A stretch of DNA of 64,000 nt from Thermodesulfobacteriota bacterium (lineage in GTDB: Bacteria > Desulfobacterota > Desulfarculia > JACQYL01). The notes below the pieces were generated by a model. The model searched no databases. It saw only the letters and a program-made list of their open reading frames with translations, and was not told where the DNA came from. The stretch covers positions 1,152,001 to 1,216,000 of the forward strand of contig CAXXLZ010000002.1 in NCBI GenBank assembly GCA_963675595.2, read 5' to 3'. The first letter of the stretch is position 1, and the number at the start of each line of letters is the position of its first letter. Made by a program: the position numbers and the translations under genes. Shown here piece after piece: positions 39,979-52,812 of the stretch.

Positions 39979-40479
39979 TTATTCCACGCGCATGAATCGA
40001 GAGGCCGGAGCTCCACACACCGGACACTTTTCAGGCGCGGACATTTCGTGCGTGTAGCCACAGGCGCCGCATACATAGTAGTCGTAGGCTTGGCCCGCTT
40101 CCTTGCCCAGGTTGTCGAGGGTCTTACGGTAAAGCGCCTCGTGCACCTTTTCCACCTCGAAAGCCCAGCGGAACGTGCTCACGGCCGCCTTGTTCCCTTC
40201 CTCTTCGGCATCTTTGATGAATCCGGGATACATGCTGACGACCTCGAAGTTTTCCCCCTCCACGGCCGCTTTGAGGTTGTCTTGGGTGCTCTGCACCCCG
40301 CCCATGGCCCTGAGATGATTATGAGCATGCACGGTTTCCGCGGCCGCGGCGGCGCGGAACAGCTTGGCCGCCTGAATGAATCCCTCGTCGTCGGCCTTCT
40401 TGGCAAAGGCGAGATAGCGCCGGTTGGCCTGGGACTCACCGGCAAAAGCTTCTTTCAGGTCCTCGATCGTCTTTCCCAT
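39979..40479 (-). CDS. rbr: Rubrerythrin
   Basis: AFAGESQA, ETVHA, EKVH, C-terminal CGACG..CPVC. Confidence 0.95.
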   Translation of the reverse strand: MGKTIEDLKEAFAGESQANRRYLAFAKKADDEGFIQAAKLFRAAAAAETVHAHNHLRAMGGVQSTQDNLKAAVEGENFEVVSMYPGFIKDAEEEGNKAAVSTFRWAFEVEKVHEALYRKTLDNLGKEAGQAYDYYVCGACGYTHEMSAPEKCPVCGAPASRFMRVE

Positions 40480-40753
40480 TACAGTAGTCCTCCCTTCATT
40501 GCTTACGAACGTTGTTGATTGACGGAATAGAGATTCCGGAAAGCCTCGATGGGGCGTTCCGGCGCGTTGCCATGATTTTTCTTCGCACCCCGCTACGCTA
40601 TGGATCCCAAGGTCCGCCGGCGAAACGCCGCCGGAGCGTGCGAAGGGGTCTACATAAAACGTTTATTTTTTAAGAACAATTATCCTCAAACAATAGCACA
40701 GCAGTTACACCCTGTCCACCGGGTTCGGACCCATCTAAACCGTATGAAGAACC

Positions 40754-42277
40754 TTACTGAATCGAACCCGCGGTATCTCCCGCCTTTTTCCAGGAATCCT
40801 CTCGCTCCCGGCTCCGTTCCACGGGACGCGCGCATTCTCTAAGCACGTCATCCACGTAGGCATCCCGGCGCATGCCCACCAGTACGGAAGTGACGCCCGG
40901 AGTGGAGCGCAAGGCACGCACCGCCATTCCGCTCAGCGTTTCCGCAGAGGCCCAATCCGCATCCACAGCGCCGAGCCATGTCTTGAGCTTCGCGCACTGT
41001 TTCGCCGCTTCGGCCTGGTATACGGTGGTAACGGCGAAAAGCGCCTCCTGGACCCGTTGTACATGGGTCTCGATTCGCTCGATGTTTTCGTCCGACAGTT
41101 CCTGGCCCGCCAGAAACTGAACCACGCTTTGAACCTTGGGAATAATGAATTGAGTTTGGATTTCCTGCCAGCGGAACAAGTCTCCGTAACGTTTCCAGTG
41201 ATCGGCCAAGAAACCGCCCACGGCTACGGTGTCGGCGAGCTGTTTTTGAAGGGAGGGTTTGAAGTTCATTTCCGGCAAGAGTTCGTTGGTTAACCGTTCT
41301 TCCGAAGCCTTGAGATCGCGAATCTTGGTTTTCACCATGACTTCGCCGGCGGAAATCACGGGTGCCACGTCGGCCAGACGGACGAGCCGACGCTCCGCCA
41401 ACGCATTGAGGGGCCGATTGATCAGCACCGCCAAGCCGTGTTCCCGGGCGAAATCCATCGCGCTCACCCCTTCGGACTGATTTTTCTCCGTAATCGCGCC
41501 GGTTTCCAACAGGTTCAGGGGAAGCTCGACAACCCGAAAATGATGGGACGGAACCATGGATTCCGCAAGATTCCATATCGCTTCAACGGAACTGAACTCA
41601 GGATGCTCTTGGGGATAGGGGAAGGTGTTCGAGCTGATGCCGTAGCATCCGATGCGACCTTTCTCCACCTCGGTTTCCAGGTGGCGGAATGCGACGCCGA
41701 TCCTGCGATAGTACTCGGTGCGCGCTTCCGTAAGGGGAACCTCGGACCTGGAGGCCCATTCCAGATAGTATTCCGGATTATGCAGAAGAAACACGTCGAT
41801 GGTTTCCAAGCCCAAACGATCCAGGCTCGCGGAAATCTGGTCTTCCAGAAAGGAGGGGTGAATACAGTGTTCGAGCCCCTGCCCCAGCTCCACCAGCTCA
41901 GGGTAGGGATTGCCCTCTCGCTTGCGTTCCTGGCTGAGCCGATAGTTCCCGACTTGCAGATAACCCGCTTTGGTAACCACCACGACGGACTCTCTTGAAA
42001 GTTGATTCTCCGCCGTAAGTTTGGCGAGAACGGCTCCCACCAGCTTCTCAGACCCGCCGTCCGCGTAATTGGTGCTGGTGTCGATGATGTTGACCCCCTC
42101 CAATAAGGCTTTGGACAGGGCTTCTTGATGTTCTTCCACCGACACGTCCACCCGGTAACAACCGAATCCCACTTCACTGACCTTTAGGTCCGCACCGGGA
42201 ATTTCATGGTAGGTGAGCCGATCGTGTTTCCTCTCGGCTTCCAGCGTGGCTTTCGGTTGGGCTCTGCCGGGCAACAA
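40754..42277 (-). CDS. Aldo/keto reductase family protein
   Basis: GFGCYR, IDTSTNY, TKAGY, FLLHNPE, YGISSN. Confidence 0.88.
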   Translation of the reverse strand: MLPGRAQPKATLEAERKHDRLTYHEIPGADLKVSEVGFGCYRVDVSVEEHQEALSKALLEGVNIIDTSTNYADGGSEKLVGAVLAKLTAENQLSRESVVVVTKAGYLQVGNYRLSQERKREGNPYPELVELGQGLEHCIHPSFLEDQISASLDRLGLETIDVFLLHNPEYYLEWASRSEVPLTEARTEYYRRIGVAFRHLETEVEKGRIGCYGISSNTFPYPQEHPEFSSVEAIWNLAESMVPSHHFRVVELPLNLLETGAITEKNQSEGVSAMDFAREHGLAVLINRPLNALAERRLVRLADVAPVISAGEVMVKTKIRDLKASEERLTNELLPEMNFKPSLQKQLADTVAVGGFLADHWKRYGDLFRWQEIQTQFIIPKVQSVVQFLAGQELSDENIERIETHVQRVQEALFAVTTVYQAEAAKQCAKLKTWLGAVDADWASAETLSGMAVRALRSTPGVTSVLVGMRRDAYVDDVLRECARPVERSREREDSWKKAGDTAGSIQ

Positions 42278-42659
42278 AACGAACTCCTTTTCTTTTTCGG
42301 CGGGGAGATATCGGATATGAGGCTCTTCCTCAGTCGCATGAACGGCGTTCGGGAACGCACCTTGTTCAGTCGATCTTGAAAAACGATTAGACCTGGAAGG
42401 AGCTTTGTCAAGGTATGAAGACCAATTTTGTCCGACTTCAGTGGATCCGGCGGAAACTCGATACCCGGAGCCACGCGGGCGGGCCGGTCCGTAGGCGATT
42501 CAGTCCGGCTACCAGGCTGCGGCTCGGGGCCGTACGTCCAAGGCGACTATGGAGGCCGTATTGGTGGGATTCGCGACGAGCTCCGGAGGAAACCCGCCTG
42601 CGGCGGATATCCCCCGGAATGTTCGGTTCATGCGAGTGTCAAAAGGATGGAATGTCCGG

Positions 42660-44993
42660 TTATTGGATGACCGGGGCCGTACTGCATCCCTGATAGGTTA
42701 CCGTGGTCGGCGACGATCCCGAACACTGGAACGAAATCACACCGCTCTCAGGATAGTCGCATTCCTGTGTGGTGGAAATGGTCACGTCGTCCATGATCAT
42801 CGTAGCGTTGCCCAACGTACTCGTGTGTCCGGCGGTGGTATTCAACACCACGTTGCTTGCGGACTGAACCATGGTGATATACGCGTTTAGCTGCTTCGTG
42901 CCGATGGGGCCGGTTACCGTGGCCGTGACCGTCATGTCCATCGTACTCGAAGTAGACCCCAACGTACCTTCCAAGGTCCCCGTGCCGTTGATCATCATGC
43001 CGGGCACGCCGAAGTTGTTGAAGTTCAGGTCCAGATCGATGCTCCGCTCATTCTCGGACAATTCCTCCATGGAGCCGCTGAATCCGAGGCTCCCGGATAC
43101 CGCCTGACCGTCGAAGGTCAAAGTGGACGGAGTGAGCAAACCCGAGAAATCTCCCTCGCCGGAGATAGACTCCAGCGTGGCGGAAAGGGAGGCGGCCCCG
43201 GTCACCGTATGGCTCCCGAAACTCAGGTTGGACGAGGTGAGGTTGATCAGGGCCGAGACGCTGCCGCCGCTCAGGCTCTGAGCCTCCATTTGCAGGTTTC
43301 CGGCCAGGGTCCCGTCCAACTCGGTGGACGTGCTGCCGGCTTTCAGGTTGTTGAAGGTCGCGGAAAAACCGCCCGTGATCTCAAGGGTGGGCGCGGACTG
43401 AATGGAAAGCCCGGTGATTTCCATGTCCAGGGAGCCGGAGTACGTCTCCCCTTCGAAATCACACCCGGACCCGAAGTCCGCCGAAATGCTGATATTGGAA
43501 GGAGGACTGCTCAGCCAGGCGAGACTGAAAGGCGGATCCACGGTCACCGTGGGGCACGTGGGTGCATCCTCACCCCCTACAAGCCCCTGGACCACCGCCT
43601 GGACCATATCCAGCACGCTGTCCACCGGAACCCCGGTCACCAGATCGAAGAGGAACTCCACGCTCTCGGACATCTGCTGAGCCGTAGTCGCGTCCACGTC
43701 GCATTCGCCGGAGACTGTTTCAGTGAGGGACGCATACCCGCTCACGTCGGCCGAAGTCGTTCCTTCCGGCGCGGCAACGCATCGGGCCATGGCCGTGGCG
43801 TTCCCCGGAACAGACCCGCCGAACCCCAGCATCAAATTGAACGGCTTGCCGGACAATTCCGACGCACTGAACCCGGAAGCCGCATCCGAGTCGAGAAACA
43901 CCATGAAATTCTGTAGGTCGTCGGTAACGATGGCAATGGCGGAACCCGCTCCGTAGGTCTGGTAATAGTAGTTCCGCGTGGGGGATTCGCACGAGGGAGA
44001 CTTCCAGATTCCGTCGTACAGGGGGTCCGTGGCGCCGCCGAACTCTTTGGTGATGGCGTACGTCTTGGGGGAGGAACCCGCCAGGGTCATGGTCGCCGAA
44101 GCGGCGGTTTCGGAGCTGAAGTTCAGAGTCAAGTGATGGCCGGCGCCCGCCAGATCGGACACATCCACCCCGTCGGACACGTCGGAGTCCAGAAATACAT
44201 AGAAATCGGTCAGATTCGGCGTGGCGATCACGATGACCGATCCCGGAGCATAGGTCTGCACGTAGAAGTTCATGGTCGGGCCCGCGTCCTTCCAGATCCC
44301 GTCATACCCGTCCCCGGATGGACTGGATCCGCCCACGGGTTCGGCGCACACATTGTCGAAATTCATGCTCAAACCCCCGCCCGCCCCCATGATCCACAAA
44401 ATGTCGAAGAGCGAGGCCGCGCCGGTGAAGTCTCCCGCAAACTTGGCCGTGGTATTCTGTTTGTTCAAGCGGAGAATCAATTCCGTATCGGATACGGAAA
44501 ACCCGATGGAGGTCAGCGGGTCGGGAACGGGCAGATACTCCGAATCAACCCAAATCTCATTACCCACATCCCACACGGAAACTGAGGCATCCCCCGAATC
44601 GCCGTAATAGACCGGCCAGACGAACACCGCCACACCGTCGGCGGAGGAGCCGTCCACGTTGAAGAACACGTCCCCCGAGGTCCACGTGTACATGGCGAAA
44701 TAGCACTCGGTCGGATCCCCGGAGCACACGATGTCGTCCACGTCCACATCGATCACAAAAGGTTCGCCCGCGGCAAAGGCCGTATCTGCCACGGCGAAGT
44801 CGGAAGCATTGCTCAGAACAAGCTTCCCGTCCTGAATGGAGAAGGAATCATCCGAAAAATCCCAAGTATGGGCCGAAAGTCCGGAAAAGTCTTCATAAAA
44901 AGACTCGCAATCCACCGCAAAAGCGGCCGGCGAGGAAAGGCAGAAAAGGGTCAGAACTCCCACCAGAAACACGAGAACACCCCGGTTCCCCAT
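42660..44993 (-). CDS. Large secreted Ser/Gly/Asp-rich protein with two copies of the same repeat as 28140-29582
   Basis: GGAGG RBS, signal peptide, two YDGIWK..YxQTY..FLDSD units. Confidence 0.82.
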   Translation of the reverse strand: MGNRGVLVFLVGVLTLFCLSSPAAFAVDCESFYEDFSGLSAHTWDFSDDSFSIQDGKLVLSNASDFAVADTAFAAGEPFVIDVDVDDIVCSGDPTECYFAMYTWTSGDVFFNVDGSSADGVAVFVWPVYYGDSGDASVSVWDVGNEIWVDSEYLPVPDPLTSIGFSVSDTELILRLNKQNTTAKFAGDFTGAASLFDILWIMGAGGGLSMNFDNVCAEPVGGSSPSGDGYDGIWKDAGPTMNFYVQTYAPGSVIVIATPNLTDFYVFLDSDVSDGVDVSDLAGAGHHLTLNFSSETAASATMTLAGSSPKTYAITKEFGGATDPLYDGIWKSPSCESPTRNYYYQTYGAGSAIAIVTDDLQNFMVFLDSDAASGFSASELSGKPFNLMLGFGGSVPGNATAMARCVAAPEGTTSADVSGYASLTETVSGECDVDATTAQQMSESVEFLFDLVTGVPVDSVLDMVQAVVQGLVGGEDAPTCPTVTVDPPFSLAWLSSPPSNISISADFGSGCDFEGETYSGSLDMEITGLSIQSAPTLEITGGFSATFNNLKAGSTSTELDGTLAGNLQMEAQSLSGGSVSALINLTSSNLSFGSHTVTGAASLSATLESISGEGDFSGLLTPSTLTFDGQAVSGSLGFSGSMEELSENERSIDLDLNFNNFGVPGMMINGTGTLEGTLGSTSSTMDMTVTATVTGPIGTKQLNAYITMVQSASNVVLNTTAGHTSTLGNATMIMDDVTISTTQECDYPESGVISFQCSGSSPTTVTYQGCSTAPVIQ

Positions 44994-45229
44994 CTCGAAC
45001 CTCCTTCATGAAATAGGATTGATCGGACCTTTTCGCGCAACGCGAGGATTACCCTCAACCGCCGCCGCTTTCCCACGGTTCCCCATACCATCGGCCCGAC
45101 ATTTGTACGGAATCGCTTCCAGAATAGCCGAGGGGGTTTCGAACTGTCAACCGGGGAGCCACCACGAGGCAAATTCCAAGACCGTCGCCGGCCTACGAAG
45201 ATTCCTTCGGATGGGACTCGACGAAAAGT

Positions 45230-47253
<2,024 letters not shown>

Positions 47254-47756
47254 AGGCATTCACGCGGAGGATTTTAATAAAGTCCCTCCCGAGCACCCCG
47301 TCAAGACACCTCAGACAGGCCCCACCGACTTGGGCGGAGAGGCTGAGGAGAAATCAGGATTCCTCACTAATTCCCACCGGTCCTTACCTTTGCTGAATCG
47401 GCGGGAATACGCTCAAGTTCGGCTTCGTCCCCCTAATGACGGGGCACGCACAAGAGGATCCGGGGTGATGTCGTTCCCCGTTTATCCTGTGAATAAGAAC
47501 GACGAAAAAGGTTTCAGCATGCCCTTGCCGCGCGTAGAATACATGCTCGGGAAACATGACCCACAGGGGACTCCCCTTGCTAAACAAGCATCGTCTGTCA
47601 CTGTTCACAGGGTGGGTGGGGAGACCGATTGCCGGACGCATTGGTACGGAGCCTTCGACAAGGGCGCCCGAATCCGGAAATCCACTCATGGCATGAAGCC
47701 TCTCCGCCGGAGGCGGTGAGGAACGCTTTCAACCTTTCCGAGTCAGTGGGAGTCCC

Positions 47757-48680
47757 ATGCCCCCCGGCCCGCAATCACAACGAACCCTGGGCACCCTTTC
47801 CGTGGTGGGAGCGGCGGTTCTCTGGGCTCTGTCCGGAACGGCGTCCAAGTTTCTCTTTCACAACGGGGTTTCGCCCTTCCAGTTGGTACAACTCAGGACC
47901 ACCATCGCCGCGGCGGTCCTGGCGCTCTGGTTCCTTGTCCGCGCTCCCAAACTCCTGCGCGTTTCCCTTAAGGACGTGCCGGCTTTCCTCGCCCTGGGCC
48001 TGGGTCTGGCCGCGGCGCAATTCACCTACCTCTACGCCATCAGCAAGGTGCACGTGGCCGCGGCCATTATGCTCCAATACCAGGCCCCCATGCTCATCGC
48101 CGCCCATGCCTTGATCACTTCCAGGGAAAGACTGACCCCCTTCACCCTCGTGGCCCTGGCTGGTTCCGCCTTGGGGTGCTACCTGGTGGTGGGCGCCTAC
48201 AGCCTGGACCTGCTCGCCATGAACCGGGCGGGAATCATCTCCGGCCTGGCTTCCGCCGTCACTTTCGGCTGGTATGCCGTGGCCAGCGAAGACCGCATGC
48301 GGTCCTATCCCCCCTGGACCGTGCTGTGCTTTGCTCTGATCTTCGCCGCCCTCGCCTGGAACGTGCTTCATCCGCCGCTGGAGTCCTTCCTGACGCCCCG
48401 CTCCGGGCGAATCTGGGCCTGGATTTTGTACGTGTGCACCTTCGGCACCATTCTTCCCTTCGGTCTGTACAACGAAGGCATCCGCCGCATACGCCCCACG
48501 CGGGCGAGCATCACCGCCACCCTGGAGCCCATGACCGCCGCGGTCCTGGCTTACGTGTTCCTCCACGAGTTTCTCGAAATTCCCCAGATGGCGGGCGCCC
48601 TGCTGGTCGTCGGGTCCATCGTGCTGTTGCAGGCGGGAAAGGAGAAACAACGGGTGGAGAACGAGGTCTCCGAACCGTGA
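47757..48680 (+). CDS. EamA/DMT family transporter
   Basis: About 10 TM helices, duplicated EamA pattern, ATLEP. Confidence 0.9.
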   Translation: MPPGPQSQRTLGTLSVVGAAVLWALSGTASKFLFHNGVSPFQLVQLRTTIAAAVLALWFLVRAPKLLRVSLKDVPAFLALGLGLAAAQFTYLYAISKVHVAAAIMLQYQAPMLIAAHALITSRERLTPFTLVALAGSALGCYLVVGAYSLDLLAMNRAGIISGLASAVTFGWYAVASEDRMRSYPPWTVLCFALIFAALAWNVLHPPLESFLTPRSGRIWAWILYVCTFGTILPFGLYNEGIRRIRPTRASITATLEPMTAAVLAYVFLHEFLEIPQMAGALLVVGSIVLLQAGKEKQRVENEVSEP

Positions 48681-48780
48681 GAAGCCTCGCATGAGAGGGC
48701 GGAATTCAGTCCGGAAGCCTTTCGGCAAAGGTTTCCACAACCCCCCTCCAAAGCGGTCGGAATCGGCCCTATCGACCGAT

Positions 48781-48865
48781 CCACCGGTTTTCGGATGTTT
48801 CCCGTAGGGGCGGTTCGCGAACCGCCCCTACGAAGTGTGATGATCAACACACCGTTCGGGCGGCG
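48781..48865 (+). repeat. GTAG-type REP with conserved flanks (inverted copy ~60300-60380)
   Basis: GTAGGGGCGGTTCGCGAACCGCCCCTAC. Confidence 0.8.
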
Positions 48866-49123
48866 AGACTCACGGAGAGAAGGCATACCGGGCCCGTATG
48901 ATTTCGAACGGACGGTTGCCTCGCGCCAACCCTCTTATGACCCTGCGAACAACCAGGGCGCGAAGTCGCGGTCGTCCTTAGGGAGACCGGCCCGGCCGAC
49001 GGTTCGCTCCGCTTCTCACCGTTCATCCCCGTGACCCGGGTTTCCCGTAGGATTCCCGGCCTCACCCCTTGCTTTTGACTTGAAAAACCCGCCCCATCGG
49101 AGTTACACAGTAGGTTCCTCAGC

Positions 49124-49200
49124 GCGCCCGTAGCTCAGCTGGATAGAGCAGCGGACTTCTAATCCGCAGGTCACAGGTTCGAATCCTGTCGGGCGTGCCA
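49124..49200 (+). tRNA. tRNA-Arg (TCT)
   Basis: Cloverleaf GCGCCCGTAGCTCAGCTGGATAGAGC..GCGGA-CTTCTAA-TCCGC..GGTTCGAATCC..CGGGCGTGCCA. Confidence 0.97.
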
Positions 49201-49509
49201 GTCTTTTTTGTTCCGGGTCGGGCGCGGTGGCTCGACCTTTTGTTTTTTGCGGCGCCACACCGTCTCGCCCGGCGCCACGAATTCCGGAGACGTTATGCCC
49301 GTTTCCGATCAAGCCTCGGCGCGGAAGAGAATACTTCGCTTATTCATACGTATGCCGTCTCCCGATTCCGCAAATGATTACTGCACAAACGATACTTATC
49401 ACGGAAAACAGGGCAAACCTGGTAGTATATGCCTATGCGTCGATTATTTCGAGATGCAATAAGGCACGCTTTTTAAATTGTTGGATAGCAAGGGAACCGG
49501 GATATCAGC

Positions 49510-51417
49510 ATGAACGCACTGAAACCCGCAATGGGCGGCTTGAAAAGAGGTTTATCCTTGGTTTTCAACAGGACGGCCGTCACTATTCTGGTAATTTGTT
49601 TGCTTACAACGAGTTGCGCTCTGTTTAAGTTAAGGAAAGAGACTGCCGAAGGTCTGGCCTCCACCGTTCTGGTCGGGCGTATTTCGACCGCCTTTCCAGG
49701 CAATGGGCCCATTGTGGTGGCTGCCTACGCCATGAATCAGGGCAAAAGAGAGGTTGTCGATTATACGGTTCTGCATGATTTTGGTGAGTATGAAATCTTG
49801 GTTGCCAAAGGAAATTATTACGTATTTGCGTATTGGGATAAAAACGGTAACTTGATTTATGACGACGGCGAACCGGCAGGGCAGTACGGTGACCCGAAAA
49901 TGGTTGTTGCACCGGCTGGAGGCGTTGTCGGGGATATCAATATCTCCATTCCGGAAAAAACACGGAATATTGAAGTACCCACTGGATTTGAAATTACATC
50001 GGATAAACCTCATGAGCTTCATAGTCGGCTTGCGGGCGCAATAGTTGATTTGGATGACGAACTGTTTTCAGAGGAAAATGGCAGGAAAGGCTACTGGGAA
50101 CCGATTTCATTTTTTAAGGAGATTGGAGGCAATATCTACTTTCTTGAGGAATATGATCCTCAAAAAATACCGATACTCTTTATACACGGTGCCGCAGGCA
50201 CGCCAAAACAATGGAAGTATTTCGTAGAAAATATCGATAGAACACGTTTCCAGCCTTGGTTTTTTTATTATGCAAGTGGGGCCCCCATCAAAAGCATGTC
50301 CTATCTATTGCTATGGAAATTAGAAAACCTGAAATTAAAGTATAACTTTGACCAACTATATATTACGGCGCACAGTATGGGCGGACTGCTGGCAAGGTCA
50401 TTTATTATGGATCATCGTGACCGTTTTCCCTATGTAACACTTTTTGTTTCCATGGCCACCCCATGGGGGGGCGATAGTATGGCCGTATACGGTGTCAAAC
50501 AATCTCCGGCTGTAGTACCGTGCTGGATCGATATGCAGCCGGAAAGTCCGTTTATCCAATCGCTATACAGAACCAAGATGCCGGAGACCGTCAGCTTTTA
50601 TATGTTTTACGGCCACCGGGGAAGCCGTAACCCATTTCGATCGAATAACGATAGAACGATTGCTTTTTCCAGCCTCTTGGACCGCAGAGCTCAGTCAGAA
50701 GCGAAAATGAATTATGCCTTTAATGAGGACCATGCAAGCATTATCCACAGCAAGGCCGTGGTCGACCAGTACAATGCGATTATTAACAACTTTTCCCATC
50801 CATCCGGCGGATACCTCAAGATCCACTTTTCCTATCACCACCCTTTCGCCGGCGAAAGGCCTGAGCCGATACTTATACTACAGCCCATCGGCAAAAAGCA
50901 TGCGGAAATGGAAGTCAGGCTAAGTGCCAATGATAATGGCAGAATTCTTGGCCCTTTCCCTGCCGGTGATTATTCAGCAACCTTTGTCGCTTTAACCGCC
51001 GTCGGCAAAGGAAACGTGCCTGTGACGATTGAGAACAATGAAACAAGCGAACTCAAATATGTGTTGACCCCTGACCATGTAATTTGTGGGACACTAATAT
51101 CCGCTTTGCAGTCTGAGGACTGGGGCGCCGGAATGCCGTATCATGAGAACTTTTCGATGCAATCAATTACATTGAAAGGCACCGGGATTCATCGAAAACT
51201 CCATCTGCTCGAAGGTGAAGATGTCAATATATTAGACTATTTTGTTCCACGTACTGATTACTACTACAAAGGAAATTTCATCTTCTTTGGACTACCCGCC
51301 GGTGAATTCGAGCTCATTATTCGTGCGGAAGGCTATAAGCCCTTCGTGAAAAAGTGTTTTATCAAGGCCGGCAAACAAAATGATCCGTTGCTTATTGAAT
51401 TAACACCGGAAGAATAG
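49510..51417 (+). CDS. Lipoprotein alpha/beta hydrolase
   Basis: Lipobox-like TTSC; FIHG, AHSMGG nucleophile elbow, ATPWGG; visibly lower GC. Confidence 0.85.
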   Translation: MNALKPAMGGLKRGLSLVFNRTAVTILVICLLTTSCALFKLRKETAEGLASTVLVGRISTAFPGNGPIVVAAYAMNQGKREVVDYTVLHDFGEYEILVAKGNYYVFAYWDKNGNLIYDDGEPAGQYGDPKMVVAPAGGVVGDINISIPEKTRNIEVPTGFEITSDKPHELHSRLAGAIVDLDDELFSEENGRKGYWEPISFFKEIGGNIYFLEEYDPQKIPILFIHGAAGTPKQWKYFVENIDRTRFQPWFFYYASGAPIKSMSYLLLWKLENLKLKYNFDQLYITAHSMGGLLARSFIMDHRDRFPYVTLFVSMATPWGGDSMAVYGVKQSPAVVPCWIDMQPESPFIQSLYRTKMPETVSFYMFYGHRGSRNPFRSNNDRTIAFSSLLDRRAQSEAKMNYAFNEDHASIIHSKAVVDQYNAIINNFSHPSGGYLKIHFSYHHPFAGERPEPILILQPIGKKHAEMEVRLSANDNGRILGPFPAGDYSATFVALTAVGKGNVPVTIENNETSELKYVLTPDHVICGTLISALQSEDWGAGMPYHENFSMQSITLKGTGIHRKLHLLEGEDVNILDYFVPRTDYYYKGNFIFFGLPAGEFELIIRAEGYKPFVKKCFIKAGKQNDPLLIELTPEE

Positions 51418-52052
51418 TCCATTGGGGACGTTGTTGACTAACATGACAAACTGTGAGATATGTCTAATGGAGGGACACCCGGGACACCTTACCGCTTCCG
51501 TCTGTCCTCGACATTGGCTTCCCCGCCTTCCTTCAGAAGCGGCAAACTCAACCCAACGTACGCCGTGACGGGTCGCGCAGACCCTTCATGCCCATTTGAT
51601 CATCTTGAGCGATTCCTGAGATATGGCGGTGCTCATTTTGCATGGCCGTTCTTTCTTATAACCCGTGCAGGAAGGCCCCCGTCAATTGGGAATTCCCGTC
51701 ATTTTTTCGGGATCATGGTCTCGAATGGGTGGATGGTCGGACGGACTCAGGAACGGCCGAAAAAGGCCGGCCGGTCTTCAACAGGCCGAGAAGTGCGTGA
51801 TCCTCACCTTCACGGCGGCAGGCCCCATCACAGCCCGATCTGAGCCATAACGGCTCGAATATCCGTATAATCCTTGATGCATGGTTCATGTCCGAGACCG
51901 TTCCCCTCCGGGAGGAAGTGGTAGCCGAGCGTTGCCGCAGCCTGCCGATCCCGGGCCGCATCACCAAAGTAGGTTTTGGAGCTGTAGTTTGTAGGTAATC
52001 GGGGGGGGGACATCATAATAGAAGCCGAAAAGTCAAGAAACAAGACTTGACC

Positions 52053-52350
52053 ACACTCCACTTACGATCCTTCGGGACTTCCACGCCCGAGCCATCACGG
52101 CCGACCTCGCCGCCGTCATCGTTCATCCGGTCCAGGATCGCCTCGAACAAGAAGATAAAGACCCTCCTCCCAAACGCGCCAAGCAATTCAACCTCATCTA
52201 TGCCCTCCCAACCATGAAAAACAACACAGTCTCCCTACTCACAGGAACCGCCGTCTTGGAACTTCTACGGGCACTCTTCCGGCTCTTGCGAAAGACCCGG
52301 CTCCTCATCCGCCCGGGTCGAAGAAACCCGGGAAAGAAAGGACCGAAGCT
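52053..52350 (+). mobile_element. IS4-family transposase C-terminal remnant
   Basis: Frame reads ILRDFHARAITADL..QFN..AL..K..LIRPGRRNP. Confidence 0.55.
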
Positions 52351-52812
52351 GAAGCTCTTCGCAATGGCTTGGGAACCCATCGCCCAAGCCAATCATGTTG
52401 GGTCTTTGTTAAAAGAAAACAAAATGTTGTGCGGATTTCCTCACACCTCTGCAATGAAATGGACATAGTTCAATTCTATTAGAAAAGCGGTCTCGAACCA
52501 CCGTAATCACGAAGTGAAAACGCGAATCATACTTTCCGGGAGGGTCATGGGTACAGCTCCTTTGCGCGGTTGGCCGTACGGAGGAAGACGGTCGCCGAAA
52601 CGCGTACTGGCCCGACTCGGGGTGGATGTTTCGTCTCCGGAAAAGGCGGCCTGCACGCTCCCGTTCTCTCCCGAAGACGCCACTTGCGGGATCGAAAACG
52701 AGATGCAGGCCGTGGTTATAGGGCCCCGAGACAGTGTCGACCTGCCGCGAACCATCGAAGAATCGAACTACTTTCAAAACATAATGAAGCGTCACCATAG
52801 GGGGGAACTCCC